Of a DNA stretch of 64,000 nt, positions 37,601 through 49,819 are shown in pieces. Under the pieces are notes generated by a model, which was not told where the DNA came from, searched no databases, and was given only the letters and a program-made list of their open reading frames with translations. Both the position numbers and the translations under genes were made by a program. Each line of letters begins with the position of its first letter. Positions within the stretch are counted from its first letter, which is position 1. Source of the stretch: Chrysemys picta bellii. Lineage: Eukaryota. The stretch spans positions 169,322,001-169,386,000 of the forward strand of contig NC_088793.1 of NCBI RefSeq assembly GCF_011386835.1, given 5' to 3'.

Positions 37601-38035
37601 GTTGGAGCCTGTGAGAAGCTGACCATCTTCAGTTCCCATTGAAGTCAATGGGTTTTGGGGCTGACCAAAACCAGAAGTTTTCAAAATATGTGACTAATTG
37701 AAAAGTTGAAAAATAAAATTGTTTTGGGGCAAATGAAATGTTTTTGTTGAGATTCAGTATTTTTTAACATTTTTGATTTTCTTTAAAATAAAATTAAAGA
37801 ACATTTCAAAACAGAGATTTATTTTGAACCAAATAATTGAACTGTCTTGTTTCAAAAATTACATAATGAAACATTTTGATTTTTTTTAGCATTTTGATTT
37901 GGTTTCAAAACCAATAATTTGTTGAAACCAGCATGAATTTGCCAAACATTTTGGTGTCACTGAATCTGCATTTTTTGTCCAAAAAAGCTGCAGTAAAAAA
38001 ATTTCATCCAGTTCTAATCATCTACGTTTGATACC

Positions 38036-38257
38036 CAGGGCCGACGGGAGGGGTGGGGAAGCCGGTACAAATTACTCGGGCCCAGCAGTCTGGAAGGGGG
38101 CCCGGGGCCCGGCTCCCCCCCCCCGTCGGCCCTATTTAGCCGGTCCGCCCTTGCTGTGGGGCCCGAAAAAATTCCGGGCCTGGCTTCCCCCCCACCATCG
38201 GCCCTGTTTAGCCGGTCTGCCCTTGCTGGGGGCCCGAACCCGCTCTCGGTGGCCCTG
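38036..38257. mobile_element. 222-bp hAT-type non-autonomous element
   Basis: Termini CAGGGCCG.. / ..TGGCCCTG. Perfect TSD TTGATACC (38028-38035, 38258-38265). Internal duplication GGCCCT.TTTAGCCGGTC.GCCCTTGCTG. Confidence 0.85.
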
Positions 38258-39884
38258 TTGATACCACTGATAATGAGCTGTTGTTGACTGTGGGCCACAA
38301 TGAGTATGGACAGGGCTGCTTTTGGTAAGCTCCTTTCCTTTCTTACTAAGTGTTCTTTAATAGTGATGGTGGACAATTTCTCCTTTTTCCCCAAGAGTAC
38401 ACTTCAGTGGGGTTCCATCTCCTCTCTCTTCTTTACTGAATATATATTTATGGTGAGCAGTCAGGTTGTGGTGTGTACGGTGACACCTCACTCTGTAGCT
38501 CTAGCTCAGTTGACCTAGGCAACACTTACTGTTTTACACAGTATTTGGTCTATGTTGAGGTATCGACGAAAGCCAGCTGGCTAAGGCTATATCAATATGT
38601 ATCAGACTGAAGTGATTTTGGCTGGTTAGGGGAAGCAACTGGGGGACATGGCAAGGATAATATTTGCCTTCTTGACTGAGAGTGTGTGTCTGCATTTGCT
38701 TGTTTAGCGATTGCAATCTTGCTACTAGATGATCAGGTAGCAGCAACATCTGTGATTTTTTTCTATTATGAATAGCCAAGAGCTTGAAATCATTTGTTTT
38801 GGATGCACACCTTACTACTCACCCATACTATAGCAGAATGCAACCCTGAGCCTACTCCTCCCAGCTAGCCCTTTAGAGTTCTTCTGCCTAGCTCCATTCA
38901 GAAGCATCTCAAACAAAACAAACCTTCACAACAAAAAGTCCTTTTCTCCCCAGCTGTCTTTAGTGGGGTGCGTTTTCCCCAGAGCTCTGCCACTGTTTGG
39001 AGACAGCGTAAAAACAATTCAGTCTCATTCTCCCTGCCCCGGGAAAGGTTAGCAGGCAATTCTCTTCCTGCCAGTGTCTCTCCCTGTTATGAGGGAAGAA
39101 GTAGATTATATGGTGCGCTCCTTCTTGGAACTTGTCATGGTTGGCTGAGAAAGGGTGGAGCAGGACACTACAAGGCTCCTGGTCCCAGGCCAAAAAGAGA
39201 CAGTAGCCTGGGATGTTTCCAGACTGTCTGTTACCCTGGGACCAGGAGTCATGCTCTCACCATCTGCTTCTGTCATTTCCAAGCCTCTGTCTCCTGCAGA
39301 ACTCCTGGGTCCAAGTAACTTGGCCCCTGTGAGTTCCACCTCTGGCCTGAAAGGGCCAGTATATCCCCTTACACATACCTTTTTGTCTCTGAGATTAGGT
39401 TACTGCAGTGTGCTATACATTGGGCTCCATCATAAATCAATCTAGACAGTGAAGAGGGTACAGAATTCAGTACCCTGCTTATTAAAACTCATATCTCTGT
39501 AAGCATATTACACTAATGCTGTTTTATATACACTAGATTTTTGTTTTACTGGATGGAATTTAAGGTGGTCTGCTTGACCTTTTGAGCTCTAGCTGGCCTG
39601 AGGCCTACCTGAGACACCACCTTTCGCCCTGTGCCACAACTGCAGTCAGAAGAGGTTGTGCCAGAATGTTCTCTGAGATAGGTTCTCTACATAGGTACTC
39701 CCTCCTGCATCCAAAGTAGCTTGAAGCTGTTGCTTTTCAAAGCAAAGCACATCTCTTGGAGAAAGAGAACTAGGAGAGGGATGTGTGTGTGTGTGTGTGG
39801 CTAGTGTTGGCTGAGGGGGAAGAGTTAGTGAAATTGACAGAGTTCTAAATATTGTGTGTCAGACTCCACCAGTCTTATGCACAG

Positions 39885-40108
39885 TGGAGGATAGGTCCAT
39901 CAATGGCTATTAGCCAAGATCCCTGTGCTCTGGGTGTCCTGAATCCTCTGTTTGCCAGAAGCTGGAATGGGATGACAGGGGATGGATCACTTGATAACTG
40001 CCCTGTTCTATTCATTTCCTTTGAAGCATCTGGCATCTGCCACTATTGGAAGAGAGGATACTGGGGTTAGATTGACCACTGGTCCCACCCAGTATGATCA
40101 TTCTTATG
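39885..40108 (+). mobile_element. CR1 3' UTR fragment
   Basis: GGAGGATAGGTCCATCAATGGCTATTAGCCAAG..GGATACTGGGGTTAGATTGACC..TTCTTATGT, similar to 8180-8391. Confidence 0.75.
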
Positions 40109-40894
40109 TGTAGCACCTTATTCAACGCATAGTTCTATTGAGGCTGTTATGGAGTAAATGTGGCAGACTCTGGCCCTGTAATTTTTCAGTGCTGCCTGTG
40201 GGCTTGCCTAGATGGCGAGTTTGTGCTTGGCAAGCTGGGGGTAAATCTACAGCACACTAGTGTGCTGTGCGCTACCTGGCCACATGGAGCCTGCTACTGT
40301 GCACTATGCATGGTAGCGGTACCACATAGCCAGTGGGCCACATGCTCGTGCACTTTCGATTTCCACCCCAGCGTGCAGTGGGCTAATTCTGTCCAAACAA
40401 GCTCAGTATATTCATGTACCTGCTCATTTTCCCTAAATAAATAAGGCATTTTAATAAGTCAACTTCAGTGTTAAAGTTTTCATGAAAAATAAGTTCACGG
40501 TTGACAGATGGAATAGTATTGTGTAGGGAGGAATAAGTTTTACAGTGCAGAAGTTTAAAACGGGTTATTAACCTATGCTTAAAATGTTTTATTAAACTTC
40601 TTTTCTCCCAACACCATTTCACCTTGAATCTTTGTGAAACCATAAAATGAACAATATTTATATCATCATAATTACATCTCTTGCCATTTTCCATTTGATT
40701 TTGAAGAGACAATTGTTTTCTGACAGATTATGGTAACTACATTTCTGGGGTCTCAGCTGGCATTCCCTCATTCACGCTGAAAGGTCCAGCACTGCAGCAC
40801 CCCTCCTTCTATGACAGGTTTCAGAGTAACAGCCGTGTTAGTCTGTATCCGCAAAAAGAAGAACAGGAGTACTTGTGGCACCTTAGAGACTAAC

Positions 40895-40948
40895 AAATTT
40901 ATTAGAGCATAAGCTTTCGTGGACTACAGCCCACTTCTTCGGATGCAT
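40895..40948 (-). ncRNA. Hammerhead-like motif (left inverted arm)
   Basis: Reverse complement of the 42513-42566 motif. Confidence 0.55.
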
Positions 40949-41140
40949 ATAGAATGGAACATATATTGAGGAGATATATATACACACATACAGAGAGCAT
41001 AAACAGGTGGGAGTTGTCTTACCAACTCTGAGAGGCCAATTAATTAAGAGAAAAAAAACTTTTGAAGTGATAATCAAGCTAGCCGAGTACAGACAGTTTG
41101 ATAATAAGTGTGAGAGTACTTACAAGTCAGCGGCACTGCT

Positions 41141-42325
41141 ATGGGTACCCGCATGGCCCCACAATATGCCAACATTTTTATGGCTGACTTAGAACAACGC
41201 TTCCTTAGCTCTCGTCCCCTAACGCCCCTACTCTACTTGCGCTACATTGATGACATCTTCATCATCTGGACCCATGGAAAAGAAGCCCTTGAGGAATTTC
41301 ACCATGATTTCAATAATTTCCATCCCACCATCAACCTCAGCCTAGATCAATCCACACAAGCGGTCCATTTCCTGGACACTACTGTGCTAATAAGCGATGG
41401 TCACATCAATACCACCCTATACCGGAAACCTACTGACCGCTACACTTACCTACATGCCTCCAGCTTCCATCCAGGACACACCACACGATCCATTGTCTAC
41501 AGCCAAGCTCTAAGATATAACCGCATTTGCTCCAATCCCTCGGATAGAGACAAGCACCTACAAGATCTCTATCAAGCATTCTTAAAACTACAATACCCAC
41601 CTGCTGAAGTGAAAAAACAGATTGACAGAGCCAGACGAGTACCCAGAAGTCACCTCCTACAAGACAGGCCCAACAAAGAAAATAACAGAACACCACTAGC
41701 TGTCACCTTCAGCCCCCAACTAAAACCTCTCCAGCGCATCATCAGAGATCTACAACCTATCCTGAAAGATGATCCTTTACTCTCACAGATCTTGGGAGAC
41801 AGACCTGTCCTCGCTTACAGACAACCCCCCAACCTAAAGCAAATACTCACCAGCAACCACACATCACTGAACAAAACCACTAACCCAGGAACCTATCCTT
41901 GTAACAAACCCCGATGCCAACTCTGTCCACATATCTATTCAAGTGACATCATCATAGGACCTAATCACATCAGCCATACCATCAGGGGCTCATTCACCTG
42001 CACATCTACCAATGTGATATATGCCATCATGTGCCAGCAATGCCCCTCTGCCATGTACATTGGCCAAACCGGACAGTCTCTACGCAAAAGAATTAATGGA
42101 CACAAATCTGACATCAGGAATCAAAATACTCAAAAACCAGTGGGAGAACACTTTAACCTGTCTGGTCATTCAGTGACAGACCTGCGGGTGGCTATATTAC
42201 AACAGAAAAACTTCAAAAACAGACTCCAAAGAGAGACTGGTGAGCTAGAATTGATATGCAAACTAGACACAATCAACTCCGGTTTGAATAAGGACTGGGA
42301 ATGGCTGAGCCATTACAAACATTGA
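41141..42325 (+). CDS. Penelope-like RT (C-terminal half) plus GIY-YIG endonuclease, uninterrupted 394 aa
   Basis: (SGTA)MGTRMAPQYANIFM (RT motif B), LRYIDDIF (catalytic YxDD), Cys-rich linker CNKPRCQLCP, and NVIYAIMCQQCP.AMYIGQT (GIY-YIG). The ATG is internal, so this is a truncated ORF. Confidence 0.9.
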   Translation: MGTRMAPQYANIFMADLEQRFLSSRPLTPLLYLRYIDDIFIIWTHGKEALEEFHHDFNNFHPTINLSLDQSTQAVHFLDTTVLISDGHINTTLYRKPTDRYTYLHASSFHPGHTTRSIVYSQALRYNRICSNPSDRDKHLQDLYQAFLKLQYPPAEVKKQIDRARRVPRSHLLQDRPNKENNRTPLAVTFSPQLKPLQRIIRDLQPILKDDPLLSQILGDRPVLAYRQPPNLKQILTSNHTSLNKTTNPGTYPCNKPRCQLCPHIYSSDIIIGPNHISHTIRGSFTCTSTNVIYAIMCQQCPSAMYIGQTGQSLRKRINGHKSDIRNQNTQKPVGEHFNLSGHSVTDLRVAILQQKNFKNRLQRETGELELICKLDTINSGLNKDWEWLSHYKH

Positions 42326-42512
42326 CTATCTTCCCTTGTAAGTACTCTCACACTTATTATCAAACTGTCTGTACTCGGCTAGCTTGATTATCACTTCAAA
42401 AGTTTTTTTTCTCTTAATTAATTGGCCTCTCAGAGTTGGTAAGACAACTCCCACCTGTTTATGCTCTCTGTGTGTGTGTATATATATCTCCTCAATATAT
42501 GTTCCATTCTAT

Positions 42513-42566
42513 ATGCATCCGAAGAAGTGGGCTGTAGTCCACGAAAGCTTATGCTCTAATAAATTT
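42513..42566 (+). ncRNA. Hammerhead-like motif (right arm)
   Basis: CCGAAGA (42519-42525; U4>C variant), A, stem II GTGGGC/GTCCAC, GAAA (42543-42546), AGC-TTAT-GCT, C at 42556. Confidence 0.55.
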
Positions 42567-45500
42567 GTTAGTCTCTAAGGTGCCACAAGTACTCCTGTTC
42601 CTCCTTCTATGTCCATTAATGCTGCTTGGAATGCCAAAGGTCACAGTATAAGACAGTAGTAGGAAATGGCCCTTTTCCTGACTGGCTGAGCATGTTACCT
42701 TCAGGACAGAATGCTTTCTTCAGGGTCACGAATGCCCCGAACTCAGTGCATGCAGGTGAGACATGGCCATACTACACATAACACACTACCACAGCTGCAT
42801 GAGCCCACACACCCCTTCCACCAACACTCAAATCTCTCTACACTGCAATAGAACACCTGTGAATGGCCCTTGTCAGCGGGACTCCAGCTTGTCTGCATGT
42901 CTATACTGCAACTTTATAGCCCCCAGCCGGACCCCAAGTCAGCTGACACAGGACAGCTGCGGGTGTTTTATTGTAGTGTAGACATATCCTCAGACTTGGG
43001 CTCAGACCCAGGGTCCTAGAACCCTTCGATGAGTGGAGGGTTCGAGCCCAAGTCAAGCCGGGACCCAGGTTTCAAGCTCTATTGCTTTGCAGTATAGATG
43101 TAGCCCTCACCCATGACTCAGGTCCTGGGAGTCTGCCAAAAGTATCCCACAATCCTATGGGCCAACTTCCTTTGTCCTCTCTATCTCAAGAATTGCCAAT
43201 TGACTCCAGGAAAACAAAAGCAAGCCCCTTATTGTAATGCAGCACTCAGTCAGAGTTTAACCCTTCCATTGTTTTCTGACCGCAGAGCTGCAAACACACC
43301 TTCAGAGAAGCTTCTGTGTTTGTAATGGAGACTGAACAGAAGATGCCCTTCGCAAAGGTCTCTGCTTCATGGCTGTTTTGCTGGCCCCCCACCAGAGATT
43401 CACCAAAATGTGACTGGAGCACAGCCAGATTTTGGTGAATCTCTGGTGTGAGGCCAGCAAAATGGATTTTACTAAGAGTACTAGGAATGACTAGGGTCAA
43501 TGGTGAAATTTTCACGCTGCACTGTGGATGCCAGAGCCCTGACTTCGAGCCCAGGGTAGAAAAGTCTTAATCTAGACTTTACCAGTGTAGATACTCAGCC
43601 CCAAATTCTCTAATCCTGGGTCTACTGAGTTGAATCCCATTAACACCAGGCTTACATTGCAATAGAAGCATACCCTTTTTTCCTACACAAGACCTGAAGT
43701 ATGGGTAACCTATGCTGGGGAAATAAGGGGGCTCTTTATGCCTCCTCGCTCCTCTATGTGGGCACAAAGTGGCTTATGACTGTGCCAAAAGTTGTCACTG
43801 AAAAATGAGAATGAATTTTTGATGAGTATTTTGCATTATTCACCCAATTCTAATCTGCTCTGTTTTACAGAAATTAAAAGGCATTTGACTTCAAGCTGCT
43901 CCTATGTTGACAATTTTGTATCCACCAGATACAGAAACTAAATTTGAACCTTTATGTTTAATGATCAGTGTAGTGTATATAAACATTAGTGCAGCTTTTT
44001 TAGACACAATACTGTTGTTCATTCAATTCCCTTACTTAGAGTAATTCCCAGGCAGGAAAAGAAGATTCTACATACAGTAGAGACAGCCTCTGGGAAGGGC
44101 GAGGGGTTGTGAGACTAACCATATCACTTTTATATTTATATATACACAGAATTCTTTGCATGAGTGAGTGATCTCTTAAACTCAGTCCTCAAGATAATCA
44201 CTTCAAACTGAATTATGATGCTTCATTTCATACTGCCAAAGCTATGTGCCCTAGGCAGTGCAATCATTATGGCGAACCTTTAGAGGGGGAATAGTAGTTT
44301 GTATTCAACCACATTACTACTAATTGTCTGAAAATTCTCTTCTGAAATTTTAGCTTTCCTCCATGATTACAAGACCCAGAATTTTCTTAAGAGTGAAGCA
44401 CTTTACAGAAGAGAAGGCATTGAGAATTGGCAACTCACTTCAGTGATTTCTGAGAAGGTACCAGTCTCTGTAATCCATCTTTGGGCTTTCCTCCCTTTGT
44501 TGATTACTCCTGGGGGAATTCTGCACCACTGTGCATGCACAGAATTAATGTATCCCCCAGATTTCTTTGCAGAAATATGACTTTTTGACAGGGAAGGTGC
44601 AAGAGCTGTCACGCACCACTCCCTAGCTGTGGAGGTACCTCATTTCAGGCACCCAACACAGAACTACAGCAGGAAGTGAAGAAGACTTGCTTATTGTCAG
44701 TGCAAAACTAAGTAAGGGTATGTCTACACTACGAAATTAGTTCAAATTTATAGAAGCCGGTTTTATTGAAATCGGTTGTATACAGCCGATTGTGTATGTC
44801 CACACAATAAAATGCTCTAGGTGCTCTAGTCGGCAGACCGCGTCCACAGTACGAGGCTAGCGTCGACTTCCGGAGCATTGCACTATGGGTAGCTATCCCA
44901 CAGCTATCCCACAGTTCCCGCAGTCTCCGCCGCCCCTTGGAATTCTGGGTTGAGATCCCAATGCCCGGATGATGCAAAACAGTGTTGCGGGCGGTTCTGG
45001 GTACATGTCGTCAGGCCCCTCCCTCCCCCGTCACAGCAACGGCAGACAATAGATTCGCGCCTTTTTATCTGGGTTACCTGGGTTACCTGTGCAGACAACA
45101 TGGAGCCAGCTCAGCACAGCTGAGCTCACCGTCACCATATGTCCTCTTGGTGCCGGCAGACGTGGGACTGCATTGCTACACAGCAGCAGCTGCTAACTGC
45201 CTTTTGGCGGTAGACGGTGCAGTAGACTGGTAGCCTTCATCGGCGATCTGGGTGCTGGCAGCCGTGGGGCTTGCCTTTTGGCAGTAAATGGTGTATTATG
45301 ACTGTTAGCCGGCCTATTACAAGTCGGGTCATCGCACGTTAGCAGTCTTCCCCGAGCAGCCGATTGTGCAATAGGCCTGAAGACCATCGTCATACACCGC
45401 CCCGTATTTGCTGCCAAGCACCCAGAAAGATGCCGAGGGCTATCAGTCACGCTGCACCGTCGTCTTAAGATGTAAAAAAATAGATTTTCTCTGTATTCAT

Positions 45501-46698
45501 TTGCTTCCCCCTCCCTCCGTCAAATCAACGGCCTGCTAAACCCAGGGTTTTCAGTTTAATCTTTGGGGGGGACCAGTCTGTGACAGTTGTTTGTGTCTCT
45601 CCCTGATGCACAGCCACCGTTCTTTATTTTAATTCCCTGTGCCTGTACGCCATGTCGTCACTCGGCCCCCCTCCCTCCTTCCCCTAGTCCGTCAGATACT
45701 ACGTTTGCGCCACAGCTCGAGCCGAGAAGCGGTTCGCGCCTTTTCTTTGAATTCTGGGTTGAGATCCCAATGCCCGGATGATGCAAAACAGTGTCGCGGG
45801 CGGTTCTGGGTACATGTCGTCAGGCCCCTCCCCCCTCATCACAGCAACGGCAGACAATAGATTCGCGCCTATTTACCTGGGTTACCTGTGCAGACAACAT
45901 ACCACGGCAAGCATGGAGCCCGCTCAGCTCAGCTGAGCTCACCGTCACCATATGTCCTCTGGGTGCCGGCAGACGTGGGACTGCATTGCTACACAGCAGC
46001 AGCTGCTAACTGCCTTTTGGCGGTAGACAGTGTAGAATGAGTAATAGCCGTGGGGCTGGCAGCCGTAGTGCTGCATTGCACCAGCCCCTTCCAGGCGATG
46101 GTATATTATGACTGGTACCCATCGTCGTCATACTGATATGGCTGTCAATCATGGCCACCTGGGCAGACATGCTACTGTTTTGATGATGACGGTTACCAGT
46201 CATAATATACTATTTTCTGCCAATTGCCCAGTATTGTCTGCTAAGCACCCAGAAGAGGCCGAGGGCGATGCTGGGTGCTGGCGGACGTGGGGCTGGCAGA
46301 CGTGGGGCTGCATTGCTACACAGCAGCAGCCCCTTGCCTTTTGGCAGATGATGGTATTTTATGATTGGTACCCATCGTCGTCGTATTGGTATGGCTGTCA
46401 CTCATGCTGCAGCGTCGGCTGCCACCTTAAGATGTAAAAAATAGATTTGTTCTGTGTTCATTTGCTTCCCCTTCCTCCGTGAAATCAACGGCCTGCTAAG
46501 CCCAGGGTTTCCAGTTTAATCTTTGGGGGCACCATTCTGTGTGACAGTTGTTTGTGTTTCTCCCTGTTCCTGTACCTGTACGCCATGTCGTCACTCGGCC
46601 CTCCCTCCCTCCCTCCCTCCCGCCCTCCTTCTCCTGGTCCATCAGATACTACTTTCGCGCCTTTTTTCTGACCAGGCGCCATAGCTAGCACTGGGATC

Positions 46699-48000
46699 AT
46701 GGAGCCCGCTCAGATCACCGCGGCAATTATGAGCACTATGAACACCACGCGCATTGTCCTGGAGTATATGCAGAGCCAGGACATGCCAAGGCGAAACCCG
46801 GACCAGGCGAGGAGGCGATTGCAGCACGGCGACGAGAGTGATGAGGAAATTGACATGGCCATAGACCTCTCACAAGGCACAGGCCCCAGCAATGTGGAAA
46901 TCATGGTGTTACTGGGGCAGGTTGATACCGTGGAACGCCGATTCTGGGCCCGGGAAACAAGCACAGACTGGTGGGACCGCATCGTGCTGCAGGTATGGGA
47001 CGATTCCCAGTGGCTGCGAAACTTTCGCATGCGTAAGGGCACTTTCATGGAACTTTGTGACTTGCTTTCCCCTGCCCTGAAACGCCAGGATACCAAGATG
47101 AGAGCAGCCCTCACAGTTGAGAAGCGAGTGGCGATAGCCCTGTGGAAGCTTGCAACGCCAGACAGCTACCGGTCAGTCGGGAATCAATTTGGAGTGGGCA
47201 AATCTACTGTGGGGGCTGCTGTGATCCAATTTGCCAGGGCAATGAAAGACCTGGTGATAGCAAGGGTAGTGACTCTGGGCAACGTGCAGTCAATAGTGGA
47301 TGGTTTTGCTGAAATGGGATTCCCAAACTGTGGCGGGGCCATAGACGGAACCCATATCCCTATCTTGTCACCGGAGCACCAAGCCACCGACTACGTAAAC
47401 CGCAAGGGGTACTTTTCAATGCTGCTGCAAGCCCTGGTGGATCACATGGGACGTTTCACCAACATCAACGTGGGATGGCCGGGAAAGGTACATGATGCTC
47501 GCGTCTTCAGGAACTCTGCTCTGTTTCGAAAGCTGGAGGAAGGGACTTTCTTCCCGGACCAGAAAGTGACCATTGGGGATGTTGAAATGCCTATCGTGAT
47601 CCTTGGGGACCCAGCCTACCCCTTAATGCCATGGCTCATGAAGCCGTACACAGGCAGCCTGGACAGGAGTCAGGACCTGTTCAACTACAGGCTGAGCAAG
47701 TGCCGAATGGTAGTGGAATGTGCATTTGGACGTTTAAAAGTGCGCTGGCGCAGCTTACTGACTCGCTCAGACCTCAGCGAAAAGAATATCCCCATTGTTA
47801 TTGCTGCTTGCTGTGCGCTCCACAATATCTGTGAGAGTAAGGGGGAGACCTTTATGGCGGGGTGGGAGGTTGAGGCAACTCGCCTGGCCGCTGATTACAC
47901 GCAGCCAGACACCAGGGCGGTTAGAGGAGCACAGCAGGGCGCGGTGCACATCAGAGAAGCTTTGAAAATGAGTTTTGTGACTGGCCAGGCTACTGTGTGA
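46699..48000 (+). CDS. Harbinger DDE transposase, copy 3, 433 aa, intact
   Basis: D/D/E motifs GAIDGTHI, GDPAYPL and VVECAFG are intact. Seven amino-acid differences from copy 1. Confidence 0.95.
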   Translation: MEPAQITAAIMSTMNTTRIVLEYMQSQDMPRRNPDQARRRLQHGDESDEEIDMAIDLSQGTGPSNVEIMVLLGQVDTVERRFWARETSTDWWDRIVLQVWDDSQWLRNFRMRKGTFMELCDLLSPALKRQDTKMRAALTVEKRVAIALWKLATPDSYRSVGNQFGVGKSTVGAAVIQFARAMKDLVIARVVTLGNVQSIVDGFAEMGFPNCGGAIDGTHIPILSPEHQATDYVNRKGYFSMLLQALVDHMGRFTNINVGWPGKVHDARVFRNSALFRKLEEGTFFPDQKVTIGDVEMPIVILGDPAYPLMPWLMKPYTGSLDRSQDLFNYRLSKCRMVVECAFGRLKVRWRSLLTRSDLSEKNIPIVIAACCALHNICESKGETFMAGWEVEATRLAADYTQPDTRAVRGAQQGAVHIREALKMSFVTGQATV

Positions 48001-48260
48001 AACTTCTGTTTGTTTCTCCTTGATGAACCCTCCAACCCCCCCCCCCCCCCGACCCGGTTCACTCTACTTCCCTGTAAACCAACCACCCCACCCCACCCTC
48101 CCCTCCCCTCCCCTCCCGCTTGCAGAGGCAATAAAGTCATTGTTTTTTCACATTCATGCATTCTTTATTAGTTCCTTACAGAGGTAGGGGGATAATTGCC
48201 AAGGTAGCTGGGATGGGTGGGGGAGGAGGGATGGAAAAGGACATACTGCATTTTAAAACT

Positions 48261-48730
48261 TTAACTCTTATTGAAGCCCAGCCTTCTGATGCTTGGGCGA
48301 TCATCTGGGGTGGAGTGACTGGGTGGACGGAGGCCCCCCCACCGTGTTCTTGGGCGTCTGGGTGAGGAGGCTATGGAACTTGGGGAGGAGAGCTGTTGGT
48401 TACACAGGGGCTGTAGCGGCGGTCTCTGCTCCTGCTGCCTTTCCTGCAACTCAACCATACGCTCGAGCATATCACTTTGATGCTCCAGCAGACGGAGCAT
48501 TGCCTCTTGCCGTCTGTCTGCAAGCTGACGCCACCTATCGTCTTCAGCCCGCCACCTCTCCTCTCGTTCATGTTGGGCTTTTCTCATGTCCGACATTGAC
48601 TGCCTCCACGCATTCTGCTGTGCTCTATCAGCGTGGGAGGACATCTGCAGCTCCGTGAACATCTCGTCCCTCGTCTTACGTTTTCTCTTTCTAATGTTCA
48701 CGAGCCTCTGCGAAGGAGAAACATTTGCAG
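48261..48730 (-). CDS. Harbinger Myb/SANT-like protein, copy 3, exon 2
   Basis: Acceptor CCACCAG|CT. Ends PDDRPSIRRLGFNKS*. The spliced CDS is 541+470=1011 nt (336 aa). Confidence 0.85.
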
Positions 48731-49278
48731 CTGGTGGAGGAGAAGGGAGAGGTGGTTAAAAAAGACACATTTTAGGGAACAATGGGTACACTCTTTCATT
48801 ACAAGGTCGCATATTTCGGCTTGCAGGCAGCCATCGTAGGCCACAGTGTTTTGGCTTTTTTAACCTTCTTAACATGCGGGAAAGGTTGCAAACAGCAGCG
48901 CATTTCCCATATCAAGGATGAATTGGGTTGTCCATTTAAAATGGGGTTTCAATGTAAAAGGAGGGGGCTGCGGTTTCCCGGTTAACATGCGGCACAAACA
49001 CAAGTAAACCACCCCCCCCCCCCCCCACACACACGATTCTCTGGGATGATCACTTCACCCCTCCCCCCCACCGCGTGGTTAACAGCGGGGAACATTTCTG
49101 GTCAGAATAGCAGGAACGGGCGCCTCTGAATGTCCCCCTTAATAAAATCACCCCATTTCAACCAGGAGAGCTTTCTGGAGATGTCCCTGGAGGATTTCCG
49201 CTCCATCCCCATACACGTTAACAGACTTGCTTGCTTTTTTTTTGTAATGTTTACAAATATTTACAAAGTTACACTCAC

Positions 49279-49819
49279 CAGAGGTCTCCTGTGTGCCCTG
49301 AGGGTCTTGGGTGAGTTCGGGGGTTACTGGTTCCAGGTCCAGGGTCACAAACATATCCTGGCTGTTGGGGAAACCGGTTTCTCCGCTTCCTTGCTGCTGT
49401 GAGCTACCTACAGTACCTCCATCGTCATCTTCCTCGTTCCCCGAACCGTCTTCCCTGTGTGTTTCTCCAGTGAGAGAGTCATAGCACACGGTTGGGGTAG
49501 TGGTGGCTGCACCCCCTAGGATCGCATGCAGCTCCGCGTAGTAGCGGCAAGTTTGCGGCTCTGCCCCGGACCTTCCGTTTGCTTCTCTGGCTTTGTGGTA
49601 GGCTTGCCGTAGCTCCTTAATTTTCACACGGCACTGCTGTGTGTCCCTGTTATGGCCTCGGTCCTTCATGGCCTTGGAGATCTTTTCTAATACTTTTCCA
49701 TTTCTTTTACTGCTACGGAGTTCAGCTATCACTGCTTCATCTCCCCATATGGCGAGCAGATCTCGTACTTCCCGTTCGGTCCATGCTGGAGCTCTTTTGC
49801 GATCCTGGGAGGACTCCAT
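49279..49819 (-). CDS. Harbinger Myb/SANT-like protein, copy 3, exon 1
   Basis: ATG at 49819. Intact Myb/trihelix domain (KELRQAY). Donor CTCTG|GTGAG. Confidence 0.87.

Larger units (their letters stand above)
40817..42600 (+). mobile_element. 5'-truncated Penelope-like retroelement with inverted terminal arms
   Basis: Arms 40861-41126 and 42335-42600 are reverse complements (one mismatch seen). The ORF lies between them. Direct repeat CTCCTTCTATG at 40803-40813 and 42601-42611. Confidence 0.92.
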
